A DNA stretch of 64,000 nucleotides from Podarcis muralis. Taxonomy: Eukaryota. The notes below the pieces were generated by a model. It was not told the origin of the DNA and made no database searches. It saw nothing but the letters and a program-made list of their open reading frames with translations. The stretch spans positions 62,868,001 through 62,932,000 of the forward strand of contig NC_135656.1 of assembly GCF_964188315.1 (NCBI RefSeq), in the 5' to 3' direction. A program made the translations under genes and the position numbers. Shown here piece after piece: positions 25,380 to 38,250 of this stretch. The stretch's first letter is position 1, and each line of letters opens with the position of its first letter.

Positions 25380-28300
25380 GGTGCTTCCTGATGCACCTAG
25401 GAATCTTGGGATGTGGTTCATGACATGACAGAATTCAAATTAACCAGAAAAGAAGGTTTGGGCCTACACAGATCTTCTTCTTCTTCGTTTAAAAAAGTGT
25501 GTTCTGGACTTCTTAAATTAATCCATGTAACCAAAAGTCTATTGGCTTGGGTATTGCACCACCCTGTAGATAAATTAAAAGTCATTTTTAGCATCCAAAG
25601 TAGATTTTCAGAAGGATTTTTTTATAATTTTTATTTGTGCATTAGGGTGTGAATCTCATGCTTCTTTGGAGGAATCGCGATACTTTAAATGTAGGGTGTG
25701 CATGCAGCAGCCATTATTAGAGGGGCCAGGTAAAAGGAATGGAGAAGGACCTTGAACAGCTGTACAGGAGAGGGAATTTCAGCCGGTGCTATTTGTCATG
25801 GGAGCAACCCCAGATGAAGTTCCCATTTCTTCTACAGAAGCATTAAAGGCACAGGAGCCCTAACTTCTCCCCCACGCCATCTAAATACTTATTAGCTAGA
25901 ACATGCTGCCTCCTGACAATCTCTTTCTTTCTAATCGAATTCAACTTGCTAATATGGCTCAGCTCACACACCTTCAGAATCTGGCTTCTTTGTGACCTAA
26001 TGCTTGGTATCATCAAGGCATGAAAGATGAAACCCTCTGGGCTGAGCAGGTATATTCAGTGGCTGGAATGCATTTGCCAGGGTGAGCAGGTTCATACATA
26101 GTAAAACCCTACAGGCAAGATATGTGTCTTGAACACCTTAAAAATAGCATTTGAACTCCCCCCCTCCCACCCCCGGCATGACTAGGTGACAACTCTTGTA
26201 GTAAGATTCCAAAACAATGCGTATCTTTGCTATGTTTCGGCTCCTGTGCAAAGATGACGTTATCTTGTGAGGATTATATGTTTTGTTTGCTCTCATCAAA
26301 TAAGAAGATGCTAAGATAACTCCCAAGTTTTTCTCATCAGAGCTGATATTTACAGATTGATACAGATGATGGCAGAACTCGAGACAGGTGAGGAGGAAGA
26401 GAAACCAGAAAGCGTGACTAGCATATACTTAAAAGGATATGCCGTATCCTGCAACCTTGGAAGTACTTTTGCAACACCCAAGTTCCAAGAGTGTCACTGG
26501 TTTACCTATGTCCCAGGCCCAGTGCTTTTTTTTCTGGAGGGAATATAAGTTTGGCCTCATTGAGGGGCAGTATTTCAATGAGTAGGAAAATGAGAGTACC
26601 CCTAAACATTTTTTTTTGGGGGGGGGGGGGAGCACTGGTTCCAGCTATTTCTTCCTCTGGTAAATCAGTTTCCAATCCCAGCAAACTTGGCCTAAGGGTG
26701 GCGGGGGTGGAGTTGTTGTCCAACACCATATGGAGGGTGGCAGCTTCCCCATTCCTGCCCCATAGCAAACATTCCTTCTAGAGTCTGCTAGTGGCAAAAC
26801 TGATGTGAAATATTGTTGCCCGCTGAATCAGGGAGGATATGCTCCAGACATCTGGATGCAGCATGAAGAGAAGAATTATAGTTGGTGGAGGTTTTTTGTT
26901 TTGTTTTAAATGTTGCAACACACAAATAATAATTTAGCTTTTCCTGGAAGTTTTCTCTGGGCTGCCCAATTTGAAATGAGAACATGCAACGCAGCTGAAT
27001 GCAATTGTGAACCTGTAACCTTTAGCAATGGTGGTTTTTCCTGTGGGAACTATTTAGGGTATTGTTTTTCTCATGACTTCAGTTTTCCCTTGCCTTCCTT
27101 AAAATGCATTATTTGCTGTCCTCATTTCTCCTAAACACTAACACATTATTTCCTGTTGTGTCGCTTCAACACAGCACAGCCCTTAGCAGAGGTAGGAGTT
27201 GGGGAAAAGAAGGGACTAGAGGAGGTACAACCAGGAAAGAGGAACTGGCACCTCACTATAGGGGAGCATTGATATTTTCTTCAGGGCAGGGCCCTTTGAA
27301 TGTTAAAATGTGGATTGTCAGCTTTGCTTTTCTTGCACACACAACCCTTTCCAAAACACTCCTTAGGAGCAACATGTTTTCACCACACCTCAATTCATAT
27401 TTGATAGGGATGGGGGTAGAAAAAAAATATTGCTCCATTTCTAACTCAGAGACGGCCAGCTGGCAACCTACAGCTCAGATGTGGTCCCTAAAGCAGTTCT
27501 ATATGCAGCTGTTAGGTGGTCCTTCCCAGTATGTTGCAAGAAATTAGTTTCCATATTTAAACATCTTTAGATTCAAACGTGCTGTGACTGAGTGAGTGGG
27601 AGAGGCCTTTATTCCTCATGGATCACTGTGGGGCCCCTTTGTTGCAGGAAACGGTCCATTCTGAGAACAACGGATTTGAAAAGTTTATTTAATAAATGTA
27701 TACCCCGCTTCCCGAGAAATATTCTCCACAAAATAAATTCTACAGTAACTAAAATTTTTACAATTTTTTTTAAAAATAAAAATCATTGCATAATCTAATT
27801 AATAAGGCAACAGAGCAACCTGAAAACCCAGGCACTGAAAGGAGGTAGTCTTAAAAGTCCTATTCAACTTTGCAAGGGTTTGAGACTGTACCTCCAAAGC
27901 AACAGGGCCACTGCTGAGAAAGCCATGGGCAGATCACAATTTGGGGAAGTCATGAGCAATAACCCCAGTTGTCACTTTTGACATCAACGACAACCGCTTA
28001 CAATGAGAGCGAAGGGTCCGGCAGCAGATCCATGTGAAATAATATAGAAAGGGCCCAATTATAGAGGTGAGGAGCTTAGAGGTGGTCACATTTTAGCAAC
28101 AAAATAGGCATGTGGGTGAGGAATGCAGACCCTTTCCCCTTCGTTATCTTCCCTCTGTAGCCCCTTGCTGTTATTTCTCTCCTACACAAGACTCTTCTCA
28201 TATCGGAGCTTAGCTGAGGGAGAAAAGCTGTGTGAGGAACAGACAATTGGAACAAACCTTTTATTCAACAGCAGGATACGATCAAGATGGATGTATCAAA

Positions 28301-29739
28301 ATGACAACATTTTTAGCTCTCCACAAATTCAGCACCATGTGTCTCTTAAGTTAAGTGCGTCAAATTTGGGCTAGGGAGACCCAGGTTCAAATCTCCACAC
28401 TGCCATGGAGCTAAGTTGTTGACTGTGAGCCAGTCATGGTCTTTCAGCGTAACCCACCTCAAAGAGTTGCTGTGAGGATAAAATGGGGAGGGAGTGGTAT
28501 TTGGGAGGAGAGTGGTGTATGGTCCCCTTTCTGGACCACCTTAGTCTAGGAAGCTGAGGAAGAAGTGAGCGAGAGACCATCTTGGCCCATGCTTCAAGCC
28601 CCCTTAGTTCAGTGAGAGGCCTGTGATCCCCCCGTTGTTCTTGCAAGCAGATTTAGAGGCCTTCACAAACAAAAGTATTCCACATTGGGCCTTCACGTGG
28701 TCTTAAGTAACTTTTCTAAAGCCTTCTGCCCAAATGAAAACCGGGAATGGATAAGGATGAGCTGAATATATTATTATGCATGCAGCTTGGGGAAAATCCT
28801 CATGTGCAAGATCAAATATTTCAAGCTTATGGTTTCTGGTAGAAACTGAGGTCATGTTGTGAGTGATTCTACAGCTGGGCCTCAGGCCAGATAAAATAAT
28901 CAGCAAGCCACTTACAAGCCTCTTTGTTGACTCTTCCTAGCTTTGGAAAGCTCCTATACATTTGCTGTTTTATTGAGTAACTTGAATATCATGCTTATCT
29001 TGTTGCTAAATGAGAGCCCTGCCAGCTACTTGCTTGGGTGAACTGAATTCACACAAGCAAAATATGTTTACTGGTGCTTAGAACGGCCTCATTAAAAGCA
29101 ACCGTTTAAATGTGGGTATGTAAAATATAGAGTTCTTATTTATGACGACAATTCTGTGAGGGTCTGTCACTATTATTCCCCGGCCCTACCTGACACACAA
29201 AATCTAACTGGAGAGGCACTAAAAATAACAATAATAATCAAGTCTTCTTAATTCTCACAAAGATGCTGATGAATTTTCATGAGGACTTGGTGATTTTTTT
29301 TAAAAAAAGTGATATGGAAATGTGGAAAAAGAATGAAAAAACGAGAAACTGAAACATACCAACTGGCTCAATGCAAGCTGATGGGGGCGGAGCTCTTCTT
29401 TTCTCCAGGCTTAGGAGACAGGTCAGGTCTCACCTCTGCCACACTAAGCTTTGGAGACTCAAAAGCAGAGAAGAGCCATATTGCCTCCAAGTTTCTCTGA
29501 AGTCCACTAGACCCCAAATATCATTCATTTTGTGTTGTGTCAGGCAGCTGCCTAACTCAAGAGAGGGTCACCACTTGTGACTACACAGTTGTGAACTGCT
29601 ACATAGGAACTATGTGAGAGCTTTTTGCACGCCCAGCACCTTACTGAGAATCAGTGTCTCTTGTTTACATATTCTCTTCTTACAACAGAAGAGGGGAAAA
29701 GCAGACCAGAGCCTTCCGGTGGCCAGCAACGTGTAACAT

Positions 29740-29866
29740 TTTATTTCTTTGGTTTAAAATACCTATAACAGTGCTACTTCATTGGACTTGTGTACATTAC
29801 TTAGTTTTGCACCAGTTTAGACAACTCCCCCACCACTGGACTGAGCAATCCCCCGTGGTCTTTATT
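29740..29866 (-). terminator. ANXA6: Candidate ANXA6 polyadenylation signals (AATAAA at 29861-29866 and 29740-29745)
   Basis: TTTATT on the plus strand about 180 and 300 nt downstream of the stop codon. Confidence 0.45.
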
Positions 29867-30047
29867 GTTTGCAGTGTTCAGCTCTTCTGCAATATCTTCC
29901 CCCCCTCCCAGCCAATGTGAATCTTCTCAGTGGATCCAAAGCATCCCCTGATGCTTCTAAAAGCAACAGTGATATATCTAGGCTACACATATGTGAGTGA
30001 CGCCGGCACAGACATGAGGACGAGCTTCCACAAGAGTCACCTGCTGG

Positions 30048-30107
30048 TTACTTTTCTTCCCCACAAATGGCTAGCAAGGCTTTGCAGTAATCTCCAGAGG
30101 TGTCCTT
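30048..30107 (-). CDS. ANXA6: Annexin A6, last coding exon (human exon 26 equivalent)
   Basis: TTTCTTTTTGCAG| then KDTSGDYCKALLAICGEEK*; human equivalent GDTSGDFLKALLALCGGED. Confidence 0.95.
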   Translation of the reverse strand, partial: KDTSGDYCKALLAICGEEK

Positions 30108-30839
30108 CTGCAAAAAGAAAGGAAGACAAAATGAAAACCAGAAAGTGATCAGCCTCACTGGTAAATCAGAGGATACAGAAACTTAAAAATGATCTTTTTA
30201 AGGCAATTCCAACATGTGTCTTTTGATGTATCTACACTGCAGCCTTTAAATGGATTTAACTATCATTACTTTGTGCCGGAGAAGCCTCAAACTACTAGGA
30301 CTCTTTAGCATAAGCCATAACTATTAAGATAGAATAAAATGCTATCATTTCTTAATGTGGATGTTATATTTCCTTTAGCATCTCCTTAGTGTCGTTTGCT
30401 GATGAGTTATTCTTCAAAGAAACCTGAAGGGCTGCTTTTGAAGGTTACAGTTTTGCTCATTCTCTGTCTAGGAAAAAGCCCAGGTAATTTTGGAAGTGTA
30501 CAAGTACATTGATCAGGCACCTGCTACTCATAGCAGCTGTCTGATTAGATGCTATCGTGGTAAAGCACATATGCCCATACGCGTCAAATTTTAGTCTACG
30601 GTTGTTCTTACAGGAAGACACATCTCTATGGAGGAAATTCTAATGGTGTGAAGTAGTCTTACTATGACTGCACATTCTTTTTGCCACCTATGCTTGGGTG
30701 GAACATTCACCTGGTATGAACAGGCTGCTGTGAGTACAACCAGTCAAAGATGTACATGAAACAAATCATAAAGGTCAGCACAGCTCACTGCACACAAACA
30801 GGCACATTTGTGCTGGCAAAAGCCAGAACCTCTCATTAC

Positions 30840-30962
30840 CTCGATCATGTGATAGAGAGATTTGTCATAAATATCCCAAAATTCACGCCGGATGTTGAGC
30901 AGATCAATTTCACTCCTTGAGACAATAATCCTGATAAGAGTTCGGTCGTCTGTGCCAGCACC
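30840..30962 (-). CDS. ANXA6: Annexin A6 exon 25 (123 nt)
   Basis: AG/GT-bounded; [41 protein letters not shown], containing the annexin GxGTD motif. Confidence 0.97.
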
Positions 30963-31590
30963 CTTGGGAGATCAAAAAACCAGTGAGAATTTATTTATTT
31001 TTTAAAAGAGAGAGCAAGGGCAGGAAGTGAGGGGACTTTCCCGCACATTGCTATCAGCAAAATATTTTGAAAAGGTGGCAACAAGCTCTATCAACCAGAG
31101 GTAGAGTGCTTTTGTTTACAGTGATACTTGGCAGATGGTAGAATGGGAGCTTCATGATCTGTTCTGCTAATGCACATCAGCACTGAGTGATGAGCTGGTG
31201 CTGGGCACATACCAGGTAGCTGGTTCACTCAGTTGTTGCTGCCACCCCACTCAACCTCTTTGGAGCAAAGCTCTATATTTGAAATGGGAGAACGATGCAA
31301 GCCTTGAGCACTGTGACTCTCACTGCTGCATCTGTTTCACTTCCAAATTCTCCAAATTGACTCCCTTCACTCAAGCAACACACTATTTGCTGAAGGGGCC
31401 TCCTGGTTGTTTCAGTGAATCACAAGCAGGAATTAGCCATCCCTGGCCTTCTCAAATGCAGGCCTGTTCAGGAAACCACCCCAAGCTCCTACTTTGCAAT
31501 CAGATGATTATTATCGTAATTAAAAAGCTACTGATCTAGCCTTCCCTTCCCTGGTGAGAGTCAAAACAGCAAAGGGAGTGTAGTTTTTAC

Positions 31591-31649
31591 CTTCATGGAC
31601 TTGTACAGCTTGTCGGCAAAGAAAGCTTGCTTGTTCTTGACACTCCGCA
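31591..31649 (-). CDS. ANXA6: Annexin A6 exon 24 (59 nt)
   Basis: (V)RSVKNKQAFFADKLYKSMK; canonical splice sites; phases compatible with neighbouring exons. Confidence 0.97.
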
Positions 31650-33162
31650 CTTGAAAGAAAGAGCAGTGCAACATAAAAACATTGTACAGGAAGCCCCATC
31701 TCAGTCAACCCCCACACCCATGTTTTTAAAGAGCTACGGTGTCTCAAGTTGCATTTTTAGTTTGTGTGTAGAAAGAAAGGAGTGGAGAGGAAAAGACAGC
31801 TCTTGGAAAGCACCCCCCCCCCAATTACTGTATTGAATGTCCAGATTTGGTTGACAGGGTGGGAGAAATGGTTCATGTTTGCTGTCTGGGTCAATCACAG
31901 ATGGATGTAGGTTTCTAGAGCCCAAGTTTGCAAGCAGAGGGCTCTAAATGTATAGTGTGGTTGCCTCATCTCCATTAAAGAAAAAAGCCATAGATATTTT
32001 TTGAAAAACTGCACATGATTCTGTTGTTTGCAGTAGGAGGAAAGCCATATGGATGGTTGGGTAGCCACTTCCTGCTCTGTGAGGGAATTGCAAAATTTAA
32101 GTGTGCAAGGATGTTGCAAAATGTTTTAACTATGCAGCAAGGGGCAATGCATCCAGCAGGTGTTGCTTCTCTCATGACTGTTCTCCAGGCTTCTTGTCTA
32201 TCCAGCGTCCTTCTCTGGACACCACTGGAGGGGATCTCTGGGTCTGCAGTGAATTCAACAGGCCCACTGACATGCTACAAGATGACTAGAGAAGCAGCCA
32301 TTGAAGAAGCCACATTCAAGCTCAGTGGTGGCAAAGCTCGCAGCGGGTGGCAGCCATTTCCTGTTAGTCTTGGTGAAGGTACATTTTTAAAAGTCTGTTC
32401 AGGAGAACAAGATAGCAGGCAGGTCAGCCAGCCTGAGGGAATCAACATACTGCAACCAAGCAGAAAATCGCTGATAAAGAGAGATAGTGCTTGAAGCCTC
32501 TAAGACCTATATGACATACTGCTGAGCCATGCCAAGGGTTACGGTGTCAGTGAGATCCTATTCACTGATTCTATCTAACAGCCAAGTCTCAGCCGAAGGT
32601 GTTTGAAATCTGCACAGCAATCACCAATAGCAAGTTTCTAGCTCTCAAAGCTGTACAAATAAAGACTGAAAACATGCAGACAAATGTTGGGAAAGGTGCA
32701 TAGTGCACCAACGTAAGATCCCAGCTGGTTAGGAGGCATTCCACCTACCACTCCTTCCCCAACAGGCCAACAGCTAAGTCCCCACTGGATACATAATAGG
32801 TCGCCCATATAGCCTCTCTTAGACATTAATACCATTCACCGGAATAGCTGAATTCTGTGAAATACTTTATTTTTATTATATTTATTAAATTTGTATACGG
32901 CCTATACCCATAGATCTCAGGGCAGTTCACAACATAAAATTACAATTACCACCCCACACATTTCTTTGCAAGTGGAATACAACAGGAAATTTAACCAAGG
33001 CCAGCTTTCTTCATCTCAGGAATATTATAAAAATTTGGTTGACTGTCGAGGTGGACTAGTTGCAAGAGCAAGTTCGGCAGGGCAAGGTTTGCTGAAGTCC
33101 ACACTCAATGTGCAAGGAAAGCACAAGCCTCTTTCTTTTATGCCCGTGCAAGAGACACTCAC

Positions 33163-33258
33163 CAATGGCTAAAAAGACGTCGCGCACATCTCCAGACATC
33201 CGCTTGTTGATGGCATGTGCCACGTCATGGTTCGTCATCTTAACGAACTCCTGGAAGA
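33163..33258 (-). CDS. ANXA6: Annexin A6 exon 23 (96 nt)
   Basis: (V)FQEFVKMTNHDVAHAINKRMSGDVRDVFLAI; acceptor TTGTAG, donor GTGAGT. Confidence 0.97.
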
Positions 33259-33763
33259 CTACAAGGATTGAAGGTAGAGAATAAGAAATCAGAACCCTCT
33301 ACGGCGTTGGAATGACCTAAAAGCTAAGCTAGGGAACTAGCCAACTGTCCTCAGTGAGGAATGGGACTGGCAACAGCAGGGTCATAAAACTGCTATGCCC
33401 TTAGTCCACTTCTACAGTGTGTTAGGCAAGGTCAAGTATGTTCAAGGGCGATTAGGTGCTGCCACAGGGAAGTATCAAATATCAAGATGTTCTACAGAAA
33501 AGTACAGTTAGGGAAACAAACCTCCTAACCCTGAATTCCATCAGAGGAGCAGGTGTTCTTGAGCTAAAGGAGAATTTCTTTCTTTCTTTTTTGTAGCACA
33601 ACAATTGCATCAGCAGCCTCTTTCCTTCAAAGCCCCTGAGGAGGTAATAGTTGCCCTTTTCCAAACTACAATAACACGGCCTGAGAAAGGTCAGGTCAAT
33701 GAGTCTGCATCTAGGCACGGGCTCCACAACATTCAACAAACACACCACTCCCTCCCTATTTAC

Positions 33764-33857
33764 CTCTCCGGAGCTGGGGGTAGCTCTGCGTACACAAGAC
33801 GGTCATGAAGCGTGTCTCCAGAGATGTCGAATCATCACCGGAAACATCAGACAATTT
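33764..33857 (-). CDS. ANXA6: Annexin A6 exon 22 (94 nt)
   Basis: KLSDVSGDDSTSLETRFMTVLCTQSYPQLRR; the SLETRFMT-LCT-SYP-LRR segment is ANXA6-specific (repeat 7). Confidence 0.96.
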
Positions 33858-35705
33858 CTGCGAAACCAAAGAAGATTGAAGGGATGGGGAAGAACAGCAA
33901 AGGATACAGGCTAGTGAAATATTTTCCTTTTGATTCCTGAGAGCCTATATACTAGTGCATTCCTGTAAGAAGGTTGCTGTGTATTCCTCCATTAATATGG
34001 CAGCAAAGATTGTGAAAGCAGCTCAGCAAAAGCTTCTGTGACTATTATGAGAAGGCTGGCAACAAGTAGAAGTCTGCCCAAGTAGGATTCTCTCTCCAAG
34101 TGTACTAAACATATTGCCATTTGAGCTGATCCAGTGAGAGATCACCATCAGGCTCAAAAAGGTTCCATGTGACTATAACTGAGAGACACTCCCTAATCAT
34201 TAGGGCTCTGACAGCCCTCTCCATTTGGCCTGCAAGGCTGTTTTGGTTAAGCCACATATTGGCCCTACACAAGTAAGCATATAGGACATCAAGTGTGGGG
34301 CAGGTAAAAAGATGCAGGTGGGCTAAAAGGGGGACTGTAGTTGATCGGAATACCTGAAAAGTCCCATGCAGGGCACTTTGCAAGCCTTGACAATCCACTT
34401 TTTGTTGGGGGTTTGTAAAGCAATGTGCCCTTGCCCACATGGGGCAATGATGTCAGGTGACTGACTTGTCAAACTTGGCCTGTGGTGGTGAGGGAGATGT
34501 GGCAAGCCAGACAGATCCAGTTCCCCACTCCTGCCCTAATGGGTCTATAACAGAAGACACCCCTCACCCTCGAGAAGCTTATGAACACCTCAAGGCTATA
34601 TGTAACTCTAACATCTTTTCCTACCCCTAAACTGACAACTCAACTGGTTTTTTAAAATTTTGCCACAACAGGTAAAAAAGGAGGTCATATTTTGCATCGT
34701 CACCTGTGGGACATTAACACACAGAAATAGCAACCATTTCTTCCCAAGCACCAAAAAAGGTTGCGTGAAACTGCAACCTTGTTTTTATTATTGCTTGTAA
34801 GCCGCTCTGAGCCCGGCCTTGGCTGGGGAGGGCGGGGTATAAATAAAAAATTATTATTATTATTATTTTGACAATAAATACATGCAACAATGCAATGACA
34901 ATTCATCTTCCCATGTGCTTCATATGTAGTGAGAACTGTACAGCACATCTAATGGCACTCTTATGTTTTGGAACACTTAGCAGGTCACTAACAATTTCCC
35001 AATTGTTTTTAATTGTCCTCCCTGTGCAGTTAATTAGTTATTATGCAAACTTTTGACATTCTCTGCTCCTCTCCGGGTACTTTAAGAAACATTCCCCCCT
35101 CCCTTGCCTTCCCAGTTTTGCAGGCAAGAAGTCAGGCCTAAACAAGCCAACGGTAGATTTTTTATAATTTATCCTCCAAAACTACTGTAAGGGAATGTTT
35201 TCAGGTTATCTTTGGTTGGAGAGCCAGATAAATACAGGCAGTAGGGCAGGCCCAACAGCCAGTGAGATATGGGCTAAGATGGGTTTGGCAAACCTCTGAG
35301 TGGCCATGTGCCCAACTCTCAGCAGAAGACATTCCTCCCTTTGAAGGGCTGTCAAAGGACAGTTTGCTGTTTTAAGAGCTGTCCAAGGCAAGCCTACTTT
35401 AAAAGGTAAAGAGCCCAAAAAAGGAAAGCAGGAGGAGCCTTGAAGCTGCCCATTAGCCATTAGCAGCTGGACAGCAATGTGAGTCTGCACAAAGCTCACC
35501 TGGCCACAGTCTTCCCACTATGGCGAGATGTATTGCACTTCTATTTAAATCTTCAGCAATTTTGCATCTATATGTACGTATAAATTACCAAATGCACATT
35601 TTGTGCGAAGTCACGTCCTCATTTTTGACAGTGCACAAGCGGTCACTCTAAAAAACCTCCCTGTGATTTGGAAGGCACTGTTGTGTGAGTCCACCCCATG
35701 AGTCC

Positions 35706-35905
35706 NNNNNNNNNNNNNNNNNNNNNNNNNNNNNNNNNNNNNNNNNNNNNNNNNNNNNNNNNNNNNNNNNNNNNNNNNNNNNNNNNNNNNNNNNNNNNNN
35801 NNNNNNNNNNNNNNNNNNNNNNNNNNNNNNNNNNNNNNNNNNNNNNNNNNNNNNNNNNNNNNNNNNNNNNNNNNNNNNNNNNNNNNNNNNNNNNNNNNNN
35901 NNNNN
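35706..35905. other. Assembly gap (200 N placeholder) inside ANXA6
   Basis: Run of exactly 200 N; ANXA6 exons 5-21 were not found on either side. Confidence 0.99.
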
Positions 35906-37840
35906 GGTTCACTTTGTCAGAAGATGTCTCATTGGTCAGAATGGCCCTGTGGCCTAACAAGCAATTTCAAGGTTCAGAGTTCAAGGTTATTGTCAGAGCC
36001 AGGTCTACTTATTTTGCTAGATCACATGTGGACAGAGCAGCAACAGGAAACTATGGCTTGTAGCCAACCAAGTAGTACTCAGAGAAGACCCACTGAAACT
36101 AATGGATCTAAGTTAGTTAAGTCCATCAATTTCAATGGTTCTGCTCCAACTATAACCGGCATTGTCCTCACGTACACAGGGTTGTAGCCAATGATATATT
36201 TGAGGCTGAATTTCTGCAATGAAACTGAAGTCAATACCACTGTTGCTACTAATAATTAATATAACCTCTTTGTTTGAATGTAATATAACACTTGTTTGAA
36301 TGTTCAAACTACCCTATGAGGTAGTTCCCTATTATTCTCATTTTGCAGATTGGAGACACTTGCCCAGGGCAACCTAATGTCTCCATGACAAAGGCAGATC
36401 CCAATACCGAGTAAAGGTCATCTAACTCAAAGACTGCCTTTCTTGCTACTGGATTACAGTGGTTCTCAATGAAATTATTTGAAAGCACGCATTGGTTTGA
36501 GAGCAAGATAAAGAATTTGCTTACTAAAGGCATGTTATTATCTAGCAACTTTGAGAGATTAAGGTGGTAGTGGGGGTGGAGACAGAGAAACGGAACATCT
36601 TGGCTGAATGCACTTCACTATGCAAAGACCCTCGTAATTCTGAAATATTTTCCAACATCCCATTTCTACAGTGCTAAAGAAGCCATCTCACACTAGACTA
36701 ATGGACACATATCTGTGCAGCAGTTCACAAATTCTGGCTTAGCAGGCAATCATTATTTGTGGTTGACACCAACTCCTCCTTGCCCCTCCCCACCCCACTC
36801 TCAGCATGTCCCAGGGGACTCAGCAGTGGGAAATAATATTGCCTTTCACTTTGCCCTGGACAGAGACACAGCAAACTTTCTTCTCTCTGCCTCTCTTTAA
36901 AGTCCAGTACAAACAGATGCTAGATCCAACCTCTTTCTTGGAGTTCCTCCCCATCCCCTGCAGATTCATGAGTGAGCACTATCATGACAGAACAAAGAAA
37001 GAAACTTCTCACAATCAGGGTTCTCTGCATCCCTATTCACACATTACAACCATGTAGGGAATGAATGAACTAAGGGATTGGGGCTGTACTGCTGCCCCCT
37101 CCTTAAAAGCATAAATGCCCTACATACATGTGTTTTGTGAACAGGGCTTAAGACGTGTGGAAAATGTAGACAAGGGAAGGGTGTCTTTAGCTCTCTCTCT
37201 CTCTCTCTCTCTGCTGGGTGTGAAAGGTAAAGTTATCAGAATGAAGGATATAAGTACCACTGGCAAATTTGGCATCCAGCTTTGTGGACTTCCAAAAAGA
37301 AATTCATTTCTATGAATGTTCTTGGTCCCCGTTGATCAAACCCATCTGTGCTGCAAAATACAGGCTTCTGGAACTCACTCACCCTCTGTCTCTCTTTGTG
37401 TGTGTGTTTGTGTGTAGTGGGTTTTAGGCAGTCAACACGGCCAGCAGGGTATCTTATGCCTAAAATAGTAGATTCGAGATTCCCAAACAGGATGCTCAGG
37501 TAGGATGAACTCTAGTGTGTTCTCTGATCCCGTCACTTATGTCTGCCCGTGTTGTATAGGAGGGGTTCTGTGTTGCAAGGGAGGGATTCCATTCACATCC
37601 CAGTAAAGAGATATAGAATTAGGAGCCTGGTGCAAATTCTACCCTCCATGTTCCTCAGGCTGCTTCCTTTGAATTGCCCCATGCTGTGTCCAATTTTAGA
37701 ATCTATGGATCACATCTGAAAGGTTTCCACTAACTGCATTCCCCAAAAGTCAAATAGATTTTTCATTAATCTCCCCAGCCAAGATGAAACTTGCATGTGG
37801 TAGTTGCTTGCAAAACAGAACAATCCCTTCTCAAACTTAC

Positions 37841-37935
37841 CTTGCCATACAGAGCCTTGTATGCCTGGCAGATTTCATGTCTTTGCTTATTGCTTCTGGA
37901 TGTTATTAGTTCAAGTATGGCTTCCTTGTCACTGC
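37841..37935 (-). CDS. ANXA6: Annexin A6 exon 4 (95 nt)
   Basis: (G)SDKEAILELITSRSNKQRHEICQAYKALYGK; acceptor CCGCAG, donor GTAAGT. Confidence 0.97.
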
Positions 37936-38159
37936 CTGCGGAAGACAAAGAGGATGAGTCATGCCTAAAACAGTAAAACCATACAGTTCCTATTAGAAAC
38001 TATTATATATTTATTTATACCCTGACTTTCCCCCCCGATGCAACTCCAGATAAAAACAGGGACCACAGAAAATATAGGGAAAATGAAGCCAAAATCCTGT
38101 TAATGTCACAGTAATTTTTAATTCAAGTGCACAGAAGACAACTGTTGCAGGACACATAC

Positions 38160-38250
38160 CAAATCCCTTCATAGCATTATAGAGGGCCTCAGCATCCTGG
38201 TTGGCATCAAAATCTGGATAATCCTTCACTGAACCCCTGTATCTCCCAGC
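38160..38250 (-). CDS. ANXA6: Annexin A6 exon 3 (91 nt)
   Basis: AGRYRGSVKDYPDFDANQDAEALYNAMKGF(G); human equivalent GAKYRGSIHDFPGFDPNQDAEALYTAMKGFG. Confidence 0.97.

Noticed and set aside
32015-32494. 159-aa plus-strand ORF
   Set aside because: Antisense within an ANXA6 intron, with no homology recognised; within chance expectation.
35500-35517. 18-nt AG/GT-bounded segment on the minus strand at a position compatible with the alternatively spliced 18-nt ANXA6 exon 21
   Set aside because: It translates as WEDCGQ, unlike human VAAEIL, and has no polypyrimidine tract; most likely coincidence.
37243-37290. KDISTTGKF peptide resembling annexin ELTGKF
   Set aside because: Wrong strand for ANXA6 and no further similarity.
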